64,000 nt of DNA from an uncultured Gammaproteobacteria bacterium (GCA_964566925.1 CAZMIZ010000001.1:135248-199247), one strand, 5' to 3'. Shown: positions 49,501-58,455, counted from the first letter of the stretch. Made by a program: numbers and translations. Notes: generated from the sequence alone by a model not told the origin.

Positions 49501-50216
49501 GCCAGACGGCGGTGTCTTTCTGGGTAAAAAAGAAGGTCGGGAGTTGCCTCAAGCGCCCAATAAGCCTGGGTTGAATATTTTGTGGCCAGCTCATTAAAAT
49601 GAAGCAAGGGTCCAAGTTCCTCTTGGAGGGCAATTTTTTTAGCTTGTGATAATCCCTTCCAGGCTGATAGCCGGGGCTGGCCAGCCTCATCTAGAAGGTT
49701 TTCTTTTCTAAGGAGATGATAGACACGTTCTTGAATAAGTTCATTTTCTGGGATTTCTGGCTCAACCGGATCAGTAAAATCGGACAGGGCGGCTGATCTA
49801 GTTTTTTCTCTTTGGAAAAAATCTGTTTCGCCAGTTTTTTCCACCCCTTCCCAGCGGTGTTGGTGAGCTTTCTCAACCTGCTCCTCAACGGTCGATTCGC
49901 CAGCCTTTTTTAATTCCCCCTCAATTTTTTTAGCTAGGTGTTTCTGGTGGGCTTCAATCAGATTGCTCAGCTCAGGAGGAAGAGGGGGAAGACTGGGCAA
50001 GAACCCCTTTTTAAAAGAGGCGTCAAGGGCTTTTTCTAATTCTGGAAGAAACTCTGGTTTAATGACCGTAATCGGAGCTTTAATCCCCAATTCACGGGCC
50101 CAGAGGGCGAGATTGGCTTTTGCCTTATTTTCAATTTCTTTAGGAACATCTTTTAGCTGAAGACCTCTGATTAATCGCCAAAGGCGATAGTATTTTCCTA
50201 AGATTGCTTCATCCAT
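46533..50216 (-). CDS. giant polytopic membrane protein with C-terminal Cys-rich region and M23 peptidase domain
   Basis: 1227 aa. A soluble N-terminal region of about 600 aa, about 10 TM helices, then HEGIDIP ... HSGYGCYVIIQH ... GRSTGTHLHFG, which are M23 HxxxD/HxH motifs. Confidence 0.7.
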   Translation of the reverse strand: MDEAILGKYYRLWRLIRGLQLKDVPKEIENKAKANLALWARELGIKAPITVIKPEFLPELEKALDASFKKGFLPSLPPLPPELSNLIEAHQKHLAKKIEGELKKAGESTVEEQVEKAHQHRWEGVEKTGETDFFQREKTRSAALSDFTDPVEPEIPENELIQERVYHLLRKENLLDEAGQPRLSAWKGLSQAKKIALQEELGPLLHFNELATKYSTQAYWALEATPDLLFYPERHRRLAIKLGRNYAQRVNDQFYKTHTETLGKTGSMAAAQTEAQKTAEDLTIRLFEEASGVEDAVKKIFKPLNLTPNERAKLIGQIKKSLLSHGSRYLNPVIPINRRLLQSLVPNLPKEVFLDVDENNLPRIQVRPLGHPERETTYWAIPTEEGAINQTIQALKGPFGAEAIYLKNQIEYFATNPIGGTISLTVIDPIRGALEALVPGAKWAHLKYIDYTFKKGELLRKIYITPELNYRFWTAVKRRLGGRLGLYKEAFYAPGKSKPVFSPLAWLGQSSSAPFRRGANYFFGRSQKSKSLFMKRFWFGLSRAFRRREQDWDRSPLVLLLKLGLDLTVGTVARLTQRLAFGQLAKVWTSLTETSFGKRFLGAPAIRGLRMTVSFSGQFARSFFSFNTLSGTVLGYAVGEMIGFPQLGIILGGGSGHFYQFWLDIGKNDRWLAWLREPSTHFTSKWIRRIVGKPAIWLTEHPYARFPIKGLALGYVLYTAGLIPLWAIPIPALAQWAWATREWWWPFARTGLSKIPGFLRFLNLLAKLGRIPALLGRFIPWLFPIVTTSPLIMDLLSGTPPLIALQNWFSGPLYLGQFTLIDVAFLTRPLWWPTLKAGLISAINFIIPDAVAYWLYETIPMIVATITSASILTLAGIGLLALLSVFTLYVITSAFFVEQAIRSHVISPELPIEKTVTPVFDQNGEIIALDYTLTYSYNPEDEAAGLLGNIQVFDRFEEPGFVSLIMLYDPDTSTFSPCDPTQQPSSTHVSNTFAWTQEECSQLGPLSPGGSQTITIHLALRDPPLSNYLQGEEMLCDNLTVMGTTQSGKNLSSSSPPVCINAAGETWIFGWPTCYHDCSSNYGWRADPLPPHECEFHEGIDIPPDGCTDIHPATRGVIAQQGYHSGYGCYVIIQHRENLYTLYGHLEDEFRCNFPKNEGDEVSSSDIIGIMDDSGRSTGTHLHFGVSSCGTISCFLGSPEDPCNYLPGCPQKCLFKSYGDCSGSPIL

Positions 50217-50251
50217 CGTTATGAATAACTATAGCAGAAATTAATAGAGGC

Positions 50252-52177
50252 TTAAACTCCCCTAGCTTCGGCTGTTTCTGGGAATTTTTCTGGCTCAGAA
50301 GGAGTTTTCGCTTCTGAAGTCTGGACTGCTCCTGGCGCTTCTTTTGCGGCCTCAATTGCTTTTCTTTTGATTTCTCTCATCGCCAACAGCTCTTCTGGCT
50401 TAGAAGTAATCAATTGGTGTTCGTTGGGGGAGGCCACGACTCGGATCGCCACGTGGTTGGGTCCAGCAAAAAAGAGACCTTCGCCGATGTCCGCTGCTAA
50501 CAGAAGGTGTTTTTCTCCTTCAGAGAGATAGAAAACCTCGGCTACTTGGTCAATGGCGGCGGCCGACATTTTCATCAAGGTTTGGATTGAGGAGTTTTGG
50601 ACAATCGCCTTGCCGTACTCAGAAGCAAGAAAATCCTCAGCGTCCTGAGTGATGGTAGTTAAACCAAGATAATATTTCCTTGCCCTTTTAGCAATTGAAT
50701 AAAGGAAGTTAGCCGAATCCGGATACTTCATTAGATACCAAGCCTCGTCAACCACCAAAATCCGTTTCTTCATTTCTTTTTTGATTTTCGTCCAGATATA
50801 GTCGAGGATAATAAACATGGCAATTGGCCGTAAAGTATCTTCCAAGTCTTTAAGAGAAAAGACAGTAAAGGGGCTTTTAATATCTAGATTGGAGTGTTGA
50901 TCAAAAATGCCGGCGAAACTGCCTTTAACGAACTTTTCAATCCGATCAGCCAGGGAGATCGCTTCTGGTTCTTCCATCCCGCGCAGAGCCTTGTAGAGAT
51001 CCTCCATTAATGGCGGCTCATTTTTCTGGGTAGCTGGGTCCGGGGTGATCCCTTTCATTTTGTAAGTTAAAACTAGAGCTCGATCTAGAGTAGCCTCTTC
51101 GCTAGGCGAAAGCTGCCCCATAATTACTTTAAAAAGTGAATGAAGAGAAAGAATTTTCAGACCGAGTTCGTTTTCGCCTTCTTCATAAACAGCGGAAAGA
51201 TCAAAAGGGTTGATTTTGGCTTGGCTGCCAAAACCAAAACTAATAAATTCCCCACCCACCGCTTCAGCTAAGGGCTGATATTCGGCTTCAGGATCAATAA
51301 TGAGAATTTCACTATCAAACATCAGGGAGCGGAGGGCTTCTAGTTTAACCAGGTAAGATTTACCGGAGCCAGATTTGCCAAAAACAACCGCGTTGGCGTT
51401 TTCCATGGTGAAGCGATCAAAGATAATCAGCGAATCATTGTGCTCGTTAATGCCGTACATGATTCCCTCATTGGCGGTAAGCTCGCTTGAGGTAAAAGGA
51501 AAAGTGGTGGCCAAAGAGGTTGTGTCCATGTTCCGGGTGATCATCAGCCGATCATAACAAGTAGGCAGGGTAGCTTTGAAGCCCTCTTCCATCTGAAGAG
51601 TGGCTTTTTTAGAAATAATTAAGAGCGAACCTAAGGTTGATTCGACTTGTTTAGAAACCTGGTCGAGTTCTTCTAAGGTTCCAGCCGGGATGGTGATGTA
51701 AAGGCCGAATTGGAAAAAACGCTCCGCCCCTTTAACTAGCTGTTCTTGCAGTTTCCGGGCGTCTTCTAGTTTTGCTTTAGTGGCAGGATCAACAATTCTT
51801 CCTCTTTGGGTATCTGATTGGATTTCGGCTTCCATTTCACCAATTTTACGCCGCAGCTCATCTAAAATTGATCTCCCTTCAACCGGATAGACATACATCG
51901 AAATATCCAATGAGTGATCAAAATTGATTAAAGGGGCGAGCCAATTGGCGGAAACAAAGCGGGGATAGCCAGCCACGAAAAGGGTCCGGAAAAAAGTATT
52001 GCCGATTTTAACGTGATTAAAGTCCACCTCTAAAGCTGGCGGAGCAATCAAGTCCTGAATTTGGACCATTCCTTTGCCCAGGCTTTCCGTGGGAGGCAGC
52101 TTTCTCTCTCCATTAGGAGGGGTTCCGGCTGACTGGCCTTTTGGAGCGGTTTTGGTTTTTAGGAAAGGTAAGCGCAT
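50252..52177 (-). CDS. VirB4/TrbE-family type IV secretion ATPase (ATPase core)
   Basis: Walker A VVFGKSGSGKSY, Walker B RILVVDEAWYL, a TTITQDAEDF motif, and the N-terminal CagE/TrbE/VirB domain start FFRTLFVAGYP. Confidence 0.8.
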   Translation of the reverse strand: MRLPFLKTKTAPKGQSAGTPPNGERKLPPTESLGKGMVQIQDLIAPPALEVDFNHVKIGNTFFRTLFVAGYPRFVSANWLAPLINFDHSLDISMYVYPVEGRSILDELRRKIGEMEAEIQSDTQRGRIVDPATKAKLEDARKLQEQLVKGAERFFQFGLYITIPAGTLEELDQVSKQVESTLGSLLIISKKATLQMEEGFKATLPTCYDRLMITRNMDTTSLATTFPFTSSELTANEGIMYGINEHNDSLIIFDRFTMENANAVVFGKSGSGKSYLVKLEALRSLMFDSEILIIDPEAEYQPLAEAVGGEFISFGFGSQAKINPFDLSAVYEEGENELGLKILSLHSLFKVIMGQLSPSEEATLDRALVLTYKMKGITPDPATQKNEPPLMEDLYKALRGMEEPEAISLADRIEKFVKGSFAGIFDQHSNLDIKSPFTVFSLKDLEDTLRPIAMFIILDYIWTKIKKEMKKRILVVDEAWYLMKYPDSANFLYSIAKRARKYYLGLTTITQDAEDFLASEYGKAIVQNSSIQTLMKMSAAAIDQVAEVFYLSEGEKHLLLAADIGEGLFFAGPNHVAIRVVASPNEHQLITSKPEELLAMREIKRKAIEAAKEAPGAVQTSEAKTPSEPEKFPETAEARGV

Positions 52178-52180
52178 TGT

Positions 52181-53062
52181 TTATCTTTTTTTAACTGTTT
52201 TAATTAAATTGTCAATCTGCCGCTGAAGGGCCTCGCCTTCCAGAGGGGGTTGACCACTGGCCGGCGGCTCCCTTTTTTCTGGTTCAGAAGAAGGGTTGGG
52301 TGAAGATGGGGTTGGTTGAGGCGAAGGAGCTGGGGGTGTTGGGCTTAATGGTTGAGGCGGAGGTGATGATTCAGGCGAGGGAGCTTCTAAAGCTGGCTCC
52401 ACTAAAGGGGTTTTGTATTCAGAGGCAGCGGTAATTTTTTGTCCTTGAGTTTCCGGGTTATAAATAGAGAAGAAGAGCTCAATTAATTCCTGGCTGCTTA
52501 GCTGATGAGTTCTTAGACCTAATCGGCTGAGGAGGCGGATCAGGTGATCTCTTTTGGGGTAAAGATTGGTTTTGGCTCGCTCAAGGATATAGTCTTTAGG
52601 AAAAGGAAGGCCCTTTTTCTTTTTAAAAATGGAAGTGGCTGCTTTAGTGGCGCCTAGCTCCAGAGCAGTCATCGGAATGACAATATAGAACTTTTTATCC
52701 AAAACTTCATTTTGCTTCACGGTTTCTGCAACGAAGGCTCGATATTTTTGGATCTGTTCAGCCAGGAGGGGTTCCTTTTTTTTCTTTTCTTGTTCCTCCA
52801 AGAGCTTCAGATAGTTGGAAATATCTTTTTTAATGGAACGAATCACAATTTGGATCGGAAAGGTAAGTGAATTAAGAAGGCCAGCGTAAGCATAGATGGT
52901 GGCGTCTTGCTCTTTTTCCGAAAGCAAACCAAAATTGATGGCAGTCGTCGCCAAGACCAGACAGACACCACCGTCTTTAAGGACCACCAGGTCATCTTGA
53001 ATATCCTCAATATCCAAATGCTCTTGACTAGTCGCTCGAATAGGAATTTTGGTAGGATCCAT
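52181..53062 (-). CDS. VirB4 N-terminal-domain-like protein with Pro-rich tail (in frame with the downstream ATPase ORF across one TAA)
   Basis: DLVVLKDGGVCLVLATTAINFGLLSEKEQDATIYAYAGLLNSL resembles the N-terminal region of Gram-positive VirB4 homologues. Its stop TAA (52181-52183) and the ATG of the next ORF (52175-52177) are separated by one codon in the same frame. Confidence 0.4.
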   Translation of the reverse strand: MDPTKIPIRATSQEHLDIEDIQDDLVVLKDGGVCLVLATTAINFGLLSEKEQDATIYAYAGLLNSLTFPIQIVIRSIKKDISNYLKLLEEQEKKKKEPLLAEQIQKYRAFVAETVKQNEVLDKKFYIVIPMTALELGATKAATSIFKKKKGLPFPKDYILERAKTNLYPKRDHLIRLLSRLGLRTHQLSSQELIELFFSIYNPETQGQKITAASEYKTPLVEPALEAPSPESSPPPQPLSPTPPAPSPQPTPSSPNPSSEPEKREPPASGQPPLEGEALQRQIDNLIKTVKKR

Positions 53063-53063
53063 A

Positions 53064-53112
53064 ATTCTAGAATTTCTAATATCTAATTTCTAATCAATTT
53101 CTAATGATCAAT
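53064..53112. repeat. array of TTCTAAT-type short repeats, inverted relative to the ATTAG repeats at 53521-53552, bracketing the four-helix-bundle gene
   Basis: gaatttctaat atctaatttctaat caatttctaat on the left, and aattaggttaattagagattaggtc on the right (reverse complement of ctaat x3). Confidence 0.6.
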
Positions 53113-53144
53113 TCCTAAATTAAGCTAATTAATGTAATGTTTTA

Positions 53145-53519
53145 TTACTTTTTCTTTAGTTTATTTATTATCGAATTAAAAATTAAGTTTAGCTCTTTAG
53201 CTTCTTGCCATAATGTTTTTGCCTCTTCCTTTAGTTCTGGGACAGCAATAGGAATCATTCTTAACCAATGTTTTGACTCTCTTGATTCCTTTTTACATAT
53301 ACCGATTTTATGGCCAAAGTCTCGTTTAGACTCAGCGTCGTCGGCCTCACAGTAGTTAGCTCCAACACTGGTTCCTGCTTTAACAAGTTGAGTTATTAAC
53401 GGGGTCGTTATCGGCATCTTGGGTATTCTATTGGCAAACTTAATAATATTTTCGCCAAACCTGGCGGTTCTCTCTTCTAAATCGAATTTTTTACTTTTAG
53501 TTATTTTGTTATTAGTCAT
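53145..53519 (-). CDS. four-helix-bundle protein (23S rRNA intervening-sequence protein / Avd-like family)
   Basis: ARFGENIIKF ... QLVKAGTSVGANYCEADDAESKRDFGHKIGICKKESRESKHWLRM matches the TIGR02436/PF05635 family. Confidence 0.75.
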   Translation of the reverse strand: MTNNKITKSKKFDLEERTARFGENIIKFANRIPKMPITTPLITQLVKAGTSVGANYCEADDAESKRDFGHKIGICKKESRESKHWLRMIPIAVPELKEEAKTLWQEAKELNLIFNSIINKLKKK

Positions 53520-53552
53520 TTTTTAGAGCAATTAGGTTAATTAGAGATTAGG

Positions 53553-54581
53553 TCAATTCTGCTTGGCTTGAATTTCTATTGGCTGAGTAATTTCCCCTTT
53601 AAGAATAATTTGGATTAGGTCAAAGTGGAGGCCTTCCTTTTCCACCTCGATTTCGTAAGTCCCGTTTTTTAAAGGACTGGCGATTCTGAATTGGCCGAGC
53701 TTGTTGGTTTTTAAGGCTCGGACAGGCGAACCTTTCTCGTCTCTGATTTCAATGATGGCATTTTCAACCAGCTTGCCCTCTTGATCAATGACCATGCCCA
53801 CTAAAATATTGGGACGGTCTGGTGGAGCGGGAATGGGGAGATCAGGGGAAAGTCTGGGTTTAACCGTAGGCGATTTTACCCGGGCTGGTTTTTTGATTGG
53901 GGCAGCTTTTTTAACTACTTTCGGCTCTGGGGCCGGTTGGGGCATGGTTTTTTCGGCTGCCTTGGTGGGCGCTTTTTGGGGTTCAGCTAAGGGAAGGTGA
54001 AGTTTCCGGATTTTAATTCCCGGTTTTACCTCTTCAGCCAGGGCTGGCTTGACATTCGGGGTTAAGGTGGATGGGAGAGAAACCAGCTGGAAGAGATTGC
54101 CGATTTGGTTAAGGGCGCCCTCTTCCTGTTGATCTAGCGGACTGGATGGGGTAGTGGTGGGCAGTGTTTTGAGGTATTCCTCGAGCCGGGCTTGATCAAC
54201 CGGTGTGGCGGGGGCTTGTTTCTTTACTTTCGGCCGAGGGACAACCTTAAAGAATTCCGGCTTGACCGGTGTTTTCTTCCAAATAAACTGGGTGGGTGAA
54301 TAGATGGCTTTTGAAAAGGCGATAAACCAGCGGTCAAGTGGCCGTTCCTCAATCGGCATAAAAGCAAAAGCAACTCCGCTGAGACCAGAAAAGATGACTA
54401 GCGGCCATTTAAAATAAGAAGCCAAGGGGGCAGCGTAAAAAAGAAGAGCGACGAGACAGCCACCTGCCAGAAACCCAAACTGTTTAAGGGTCATGTCGCC
54501 GACCAGCCGAAACTGGTAGGCGGTGATATGTTGCGGGACAGGATGTTGTTCCATAAGCGCTTCGCGCAGGACAGAGCGCAC
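53553..54581 (-). CDS. PrgI/VirB3-like membrane protein with Pro/Lys-rich linker and C-terminal CarbopepD_reg-like beta domain
   Basis: N-terminal ITAYQFRLVGDMTLKQFGFLAGG plus two TM helices resembles the PrgI family. The C-terminal ILVGMVIDQEGKLVENAIIEIRDEKGSPV ... NGTYEIEVEKEG is transthyretin/CarbopepD_reg-like. GTG start. Confidence 0.4.
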   Translation of the reverse strand: MRSVLREALMEQHPVPQHITAYQFRLVGDMTLKQFGFLAGGCLVALLFYAAPLASYFKWPLVIFSGLSGVAFAFMPIEERPLDRWFIAFSKAIYSPTQFIWKKTPVKPEFFKVVPRPKVKKQAPATPVDQARLEEYLKTLPTTTPSSPLDQQEEGALNQIGNLFQLVSLPSTLTPNVKPALAEEVKPGIKIRKLHLPLAEPQKAPTKAAEKTMPQPAPEPKVVKKAAPIKKPARVKSPTVKPRLSPDLPIPAPPDRPNILVGMVIDQEGKLVENAIIEIRDEKGSPVRALKTNKLGQFRIASPLKNGTYEIEVEKEGLHFDLIQIILKGEITQPIEIQAKQN

Positions 54582-54626
54582 AGAACATAGAAATAGGCTT
54601 TATATGCTATGCGCTTATGCCTTAGA

Positions 54627-54998
54627 CTAAGATTTTTCTAAGTTCTTCATTAATGTTGTTAAAATTTTCATTAATTCGGTATTCCTGGTAAGAAAACCCT
54701 TAATCATTTGATTATCAAACTTTTTCGTTTCAAACATAACATCCAGCCAATAATCTGCCTCAAAGCTGGATCCTCGGGAAATTCCAAGAAACTGACGATA
54801 GCTTTTAGAATAGTAGCGACCATAACCTTCGGCAATATTCGCACCAATAGAAGACAGCGCCCTTATGAGTTGACCAGTAAGAATTTCAGCAACTCTATCT
54901 TTTCGTTGGATAGAGAAATATTTAATGGCATCAACTGTTAACAGTTTTGCCTTTTGGTAAGCAATTAAGTTTTTATAGGAAGCGGGCAGTTTTCGCAT
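54627..54998 (-). CDS. four-helix-bundle protein (23S rRNA intervening-sequence protein / Avd-like family), second copy
   Basis: YQKAKLLTVDAIKYF ... GQLIRALSSIGANIAEGYGRYYSKSYRQFLGISRGSSFEADYWL matches the canonical family signature. Confidence 0.75.
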   Translation of the reverse strand: MRKLPASYKNLIAYQKAKLLTVDAIKYFSIQRKDRVAEILTGQLIRALSSIGANIAEGYGRYYSKSYRQFLGISRGSSFEADYWLDVMFETKKFDNQMIKGFLTRNTELMKILTTLMKNLEKS

Positions 54999-55146
54999 TT
55001 TTCTATCTACTTTGCGCTATAAACTAAGTTTTATGGACTATGCGCTATGGACTATGATACTATCTCCTTAGGATTGAATTCAACCGTCTCAAAAGCGATC
55101 ATTTTACAGCCAAACTAGAACAGATTTTAAGATTGTGTTATGATAA

Positions 55147-58100
55147 TTGTTAGGAGAAGAAATGCCTGAGGAAAGTCAAGAAAAAGGAATGATGCCAGGA
55201 GAAAAAAGTTTTGGCCGTCCTCATCACCCAGAGGCGAAGCCCACCATGGGTCTCCCAGGCCAGCCTGAAAAAGGGGAAAGATACTTTGCTACCTTGAACG
55301 AATTTAGAGAGGCTCTTGAAGGAATTCCCGATGGGTTTAAAAAGAAAGCGAATCGTTTAAGAAGGAATCTTCGCTCAGCCATAAAAAAGAGTGAAGAAGA
55401 AAAGGTCGGGGATATTTTAAAAGAAGTAGACGGATTAGTAGAGAAAGAGCCAAAGCTGGTCCAGTGGTCAGAATTGATGGAACAAGAGGCCACCGGGGAA
55501 GTCCAACCAGGGGAATCAAGCGAAAAGTCGGTCGGAGAGATAGTCGAAGAGCCGCCCCAAAAAGCGAAACCAGAAGACATTCGGATGGTTCCGGACGCAA
55601 TCTCTGACGAAAGAATGGAAGACGATGAAGAGGTCCTAGTTGATCCGCGAACAGAAAAAATGAAGTTCGTTGAGAGATATCCTCTGTGGGTGGAAGAAAC
55701 AACCAGAAGCGTTGCCGAAATTCGGGGTCAATATTTCAGATTTTTAGCCGGCATTGGTGCCCGCCAGCCAGTTCCAGGTCAAGGAATTAATGATTCTGAA
55801 TGGGAAGAGATTGCCAGATATACTGCTGAAATAGATTCAATTATTCGGAAAATTGGGAGAAAGGAGAGAGGAGAAAGAACGGCTGAAGAAAAAGGAGAGC
55901 TTAAGAGGGCACAAAAGCTTAAACGGATGGCTGGCGCTTATTACCATGAGCTTGAGTTTTATCACCGATTTTGGTACGGAGAGGAATCAGGAATCGGTAA
56001 GGAAGTGAAAAGATCTAAAGAGGGATCAAGACTTCTTTTGATTGACCAAATGGCGGTTCTTTTTACTATTCCTGAAGTGGCGAAAGCCTTTAAAGAAGAA
56101 AAGGGCTATAAAAGTGATGCTGAGTTAGTTGATGAGGTTAATGATCCCTATGGCTGGCGAAGACTGGGACATCACCTTCGCCGTTATTCGTGCACCCCGA
56201 TGTATCGGGACGCTTATGAGGCGGGGGCGAAGACAGCTAAACCTGGTGAACCGATTAAACCGGGGTTTGGTCTTAGCTACGAGTATAGTCTTTTTGGCAT
56301 TTACTTTACTGGGAGATGGGCGGAAAAAAACAATGCCAAATACGCCAAAGTTCTTCGAGTAGAAGATGCTGATGGCAATCTGATTATTGATCTGGGGAAA
56401 TTAGGAGCCACCTATGATATGTGGACTACCCCTGCCAGACTAGAGTTGTATGTTCTTTTTTGGGAGCATTTAGGAAAAAGAAACCAAATTAGACTCTCTG
56501 CTGGGAGGGGAAGAGAATGGCTAAACAAGCACGAGGAGCAGCTTTATTCCAAAAAAGCAAGCGAAGGGCTGCGAGATCTTCTTTGGAATTATCGAGATAA
56601 AGAAAAAGTCCTTAGAGACCGGATTGGCGAAATTGATAAGAAAAAGGAATCAGAGGGGTTATCCGCTGAAGACGAAGAAGAGCTTCAACAGCTCCAATCT
56701 AGCCTTCAAGACCTTCTAGCGGAGCAGGAAAGGCTAGTTGGATTCTCAAATGAGGAGATTAAAGAGTTTCGGGAATTACTAATGAAAAAAGCAATTAATA
56801 GAGAACAACTAAGAGAAGATGAAGAGGAGAGCCTGGCAGAGCTTAAAAAGACAATCGGAAACGTGATGCTTAGAAATATGATTAATCGAGACTTAGGTTT
56901 TGACCCCTCTGAAAGAGACTTTAATCTGATTGCTATTTTTAGCGATCCCTTGAGTCGGCACGAAGAACTTACGCCCAATGATATTTTAACCAACCTCTTA
57001 GTGGATGTCCGGAGGATGGAACAAACCCAGGACGCTTTAACAGCCGGAAAAGAATGCTTTATCGCTAAACCTTCATTTGAAATGATTCTTGACATGGAGT
57101 CGGAGGTATATGCTCATCTTGGTTATTTTCCTTGGTTAAGGGAGAGACAGATATTTGCCCTGAGAGAGCTTGTTTCTAGATTATATTTAGCCGGGGTTAT
57201 TAACACGATCAGGTTAAGCGGTACTCACCTTTTTGAAGAAGAGAGTAAAAAAATTTATGATAGTTTGAAGGCAAAGGCTAATGTAGGTCTTCACGCCGAA
57301 GGTTTGAAAGCCACTTATGGAATAGATTTTACTGATCCCGACCTCAAAGACGGCGCATCGCTTGCTGAAGTAATCAGATGTCTTAAGCTAGTTCATAGAG
57401 GGAGGTTAAATGCAATTTATGAACAAAGAAGAGAGCAATGGGTGATCAATGTTTTAGAGAAAGGGGTGGCAGCAGAAGCCCACGAGAAGGTGCGATTTCT
57501 TAGCCGATTCAGATTTTCTGATTATGTCTCTTTTGAAGCGCGGATTATTGAAGAACCAGTGCTTAACGCTATGGGGTGGACCAGGGAAGAAAGTCTAGAG
57601 AAAGAAAAAGAACGGTTTCGAACTCGCGACCTTTGGTTAGCCAAAAAAGGCCAACTTCCTGGCGATGACGGCGTCTTTATATTTAGCCGTAATCAGGCGT
57701 TAAAACCGGGTTGGGAGAGGTTCGCGAGAGAGAAAGGGGAAAGTGATCGAAGGAAAGAAGACGGCAGGTGGATTTATGGTTATCGCTACGAAACCGATAA
57801 ATTTGAAAAGGTAGGCTATGTAACCGACGAAAACCACGTTTATCGAACTATCGCCTGGGAGGATCCAATCCAGAAAAGCTTATTTGAAGTGGAACAGCTG
57901 ATTTATTCCAAAAATTACGAGATTTTGAGTAAATATATTGATGAACACTCCCCGGAGATAATTGATGATCCCAACGAATGGTTAACCCCTCCTCAAAGGC
58001 AGAATCTGATTAAAGATCACCTCCGCCGGATCAGTATTGATCCTGACCGAGCCGAAGTTTTAATGAAGAAATATTCTTGCACCAATGCCGATTGCTGGAT

Positions 58101-58455
58101 TTGGACGGCCAAAAGGTTGACCTTTGGACGTCTGGCCCCCGAACTTATAGCTAAAATCCCGATTGTTGGTCCTCTTGCCAGAAATGTTAATATTGCCGGC
58201 ATTGGACTTTCTGGCTGGATTGGTGCGGTAGCCCAATTTGGCCTTCCCAGGGTCGCCACCTATTTGACCGGTAATCCTATCGCGATCGGCACCGGGGTTT
58301 ATTTTCTCCAGTTAGGGCTTATCTCTTTTGTTACTAGTCCTCTGGTGCGAAGAATGGCGTGGCTTAGCACCATTCCAGGGACAAATTTTAGGTTAAAAGG
58401 CCTCCTCCCAATTTATTGGGAGCCTAAAGGAAAGGTAAAAGAATATGAGGGTTAA
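55147..58455 (+). CDS. large hypothetical protein with C-terminal TM hairpin (divergent from the T4SS-like genes)
   Basis: 1102 aa, Glu/Lys-rich, with no recognisable catalytic motifs. Two C-terminal hydrophobic helices. Confidence 0.5.
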   Translation: MLGEEMPEESQEKGMMPGEKSFGRPHHPEAKPTMGLPGQPEKGERYFATLNEFREALEGIPDGFKKKANRLRRNLRSAIKKSEEEKVGDILKEVDGLVEKEPKLVQWSELMEQEATGEVQPGESSEKSVGEIVEEPPQKAKPEDIRMVPDAISDERMEDDEEVLVDPRTEKMKFVERYPLWVEETTRSVAEIRGQYFRFLAGIGARQPVPGQGINDSEWEEIARYTAEIDSIIRKIGRKERGERTAEEKGELKRAQKLKRMAGAYYHELEFYHRFWYGEESGIGKEVKRSKEGSRLLLIDQMAVLFTIPEVAKAFKEEKGYKSDAELVDEVNDPYGWRRLGHHLRRYSCTPMYRDAYEAGAKTAKPGEPIKPGFGLSYEYSLFGIYFTGRWAEKNNAKYAKVLRVEDADGNLIIDLGKLGATYDMWTTPARLELYVLFWEHLGKRNQIRLSAGRGREWLNKHEEQLYSKKASEGLRDLLWNYRDKEKVLRDRIGEIDKKKESEGLSAEDEEELQQLQSSLQDLLAEQERLVGFSNEEIKEFRELLMKKAINREQLREDEEESLAELKKTIGNVMLRNMINRDLGFDPSERDFNLIAIFSDPLSRHEELTPNDILTNLLVDVRRMEQTQDALTAGKECFIAKPSFEMILDMESEVYAHLGYFPWLRERQIFALRELVSRLYLAGVINTIRLSGTHLFEEESKKIYDSLKAKANVGLHAEGLKATYGIDFTDPDLKDGASLAEVIRCLKLVHRGRLNAIYEQRREQWVINVLEKGVAAEAHEKVRFLSRFRFSDYVSFEARIIEEPVLNAMGWTREESLEKEKERFRTRDLWLAKKGQLPGDDGVFIFSRNQALKPGWERFAREKGESDRRKEDGRWIYGYRYETDKFEKVGYVTDENHVYRTIAWEDPIQKSLFEVEQLIYSKNYEILSKYIDEHSPEIIDDPNEWLTPPQRQNLIKDHLRRISIDPDRAEVLMKKYSCTNADCWIWTAKRLTFGRLAPELIAKIPIVGPLARNVNIAGIGLSGWIGAVAQFGLPRVATYLTGNPIAIGTGVYFLQLGLISFVTSPLVRRMAWLSTIPGTNFRLKGLLPIYWEPKGKVKEYEG

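Noticed and set aside
53145-54998. Diversity-generating retroelement, suggested by the Avd-like four-helix-bundle genes
   Set aside because: No ORF in the window has reverse-transcriptase motifs, and no obvious TR/VR repeat pair was seen. The family is better explained as rRNA-IVS-type proteins. An RT could still lie outside the window.
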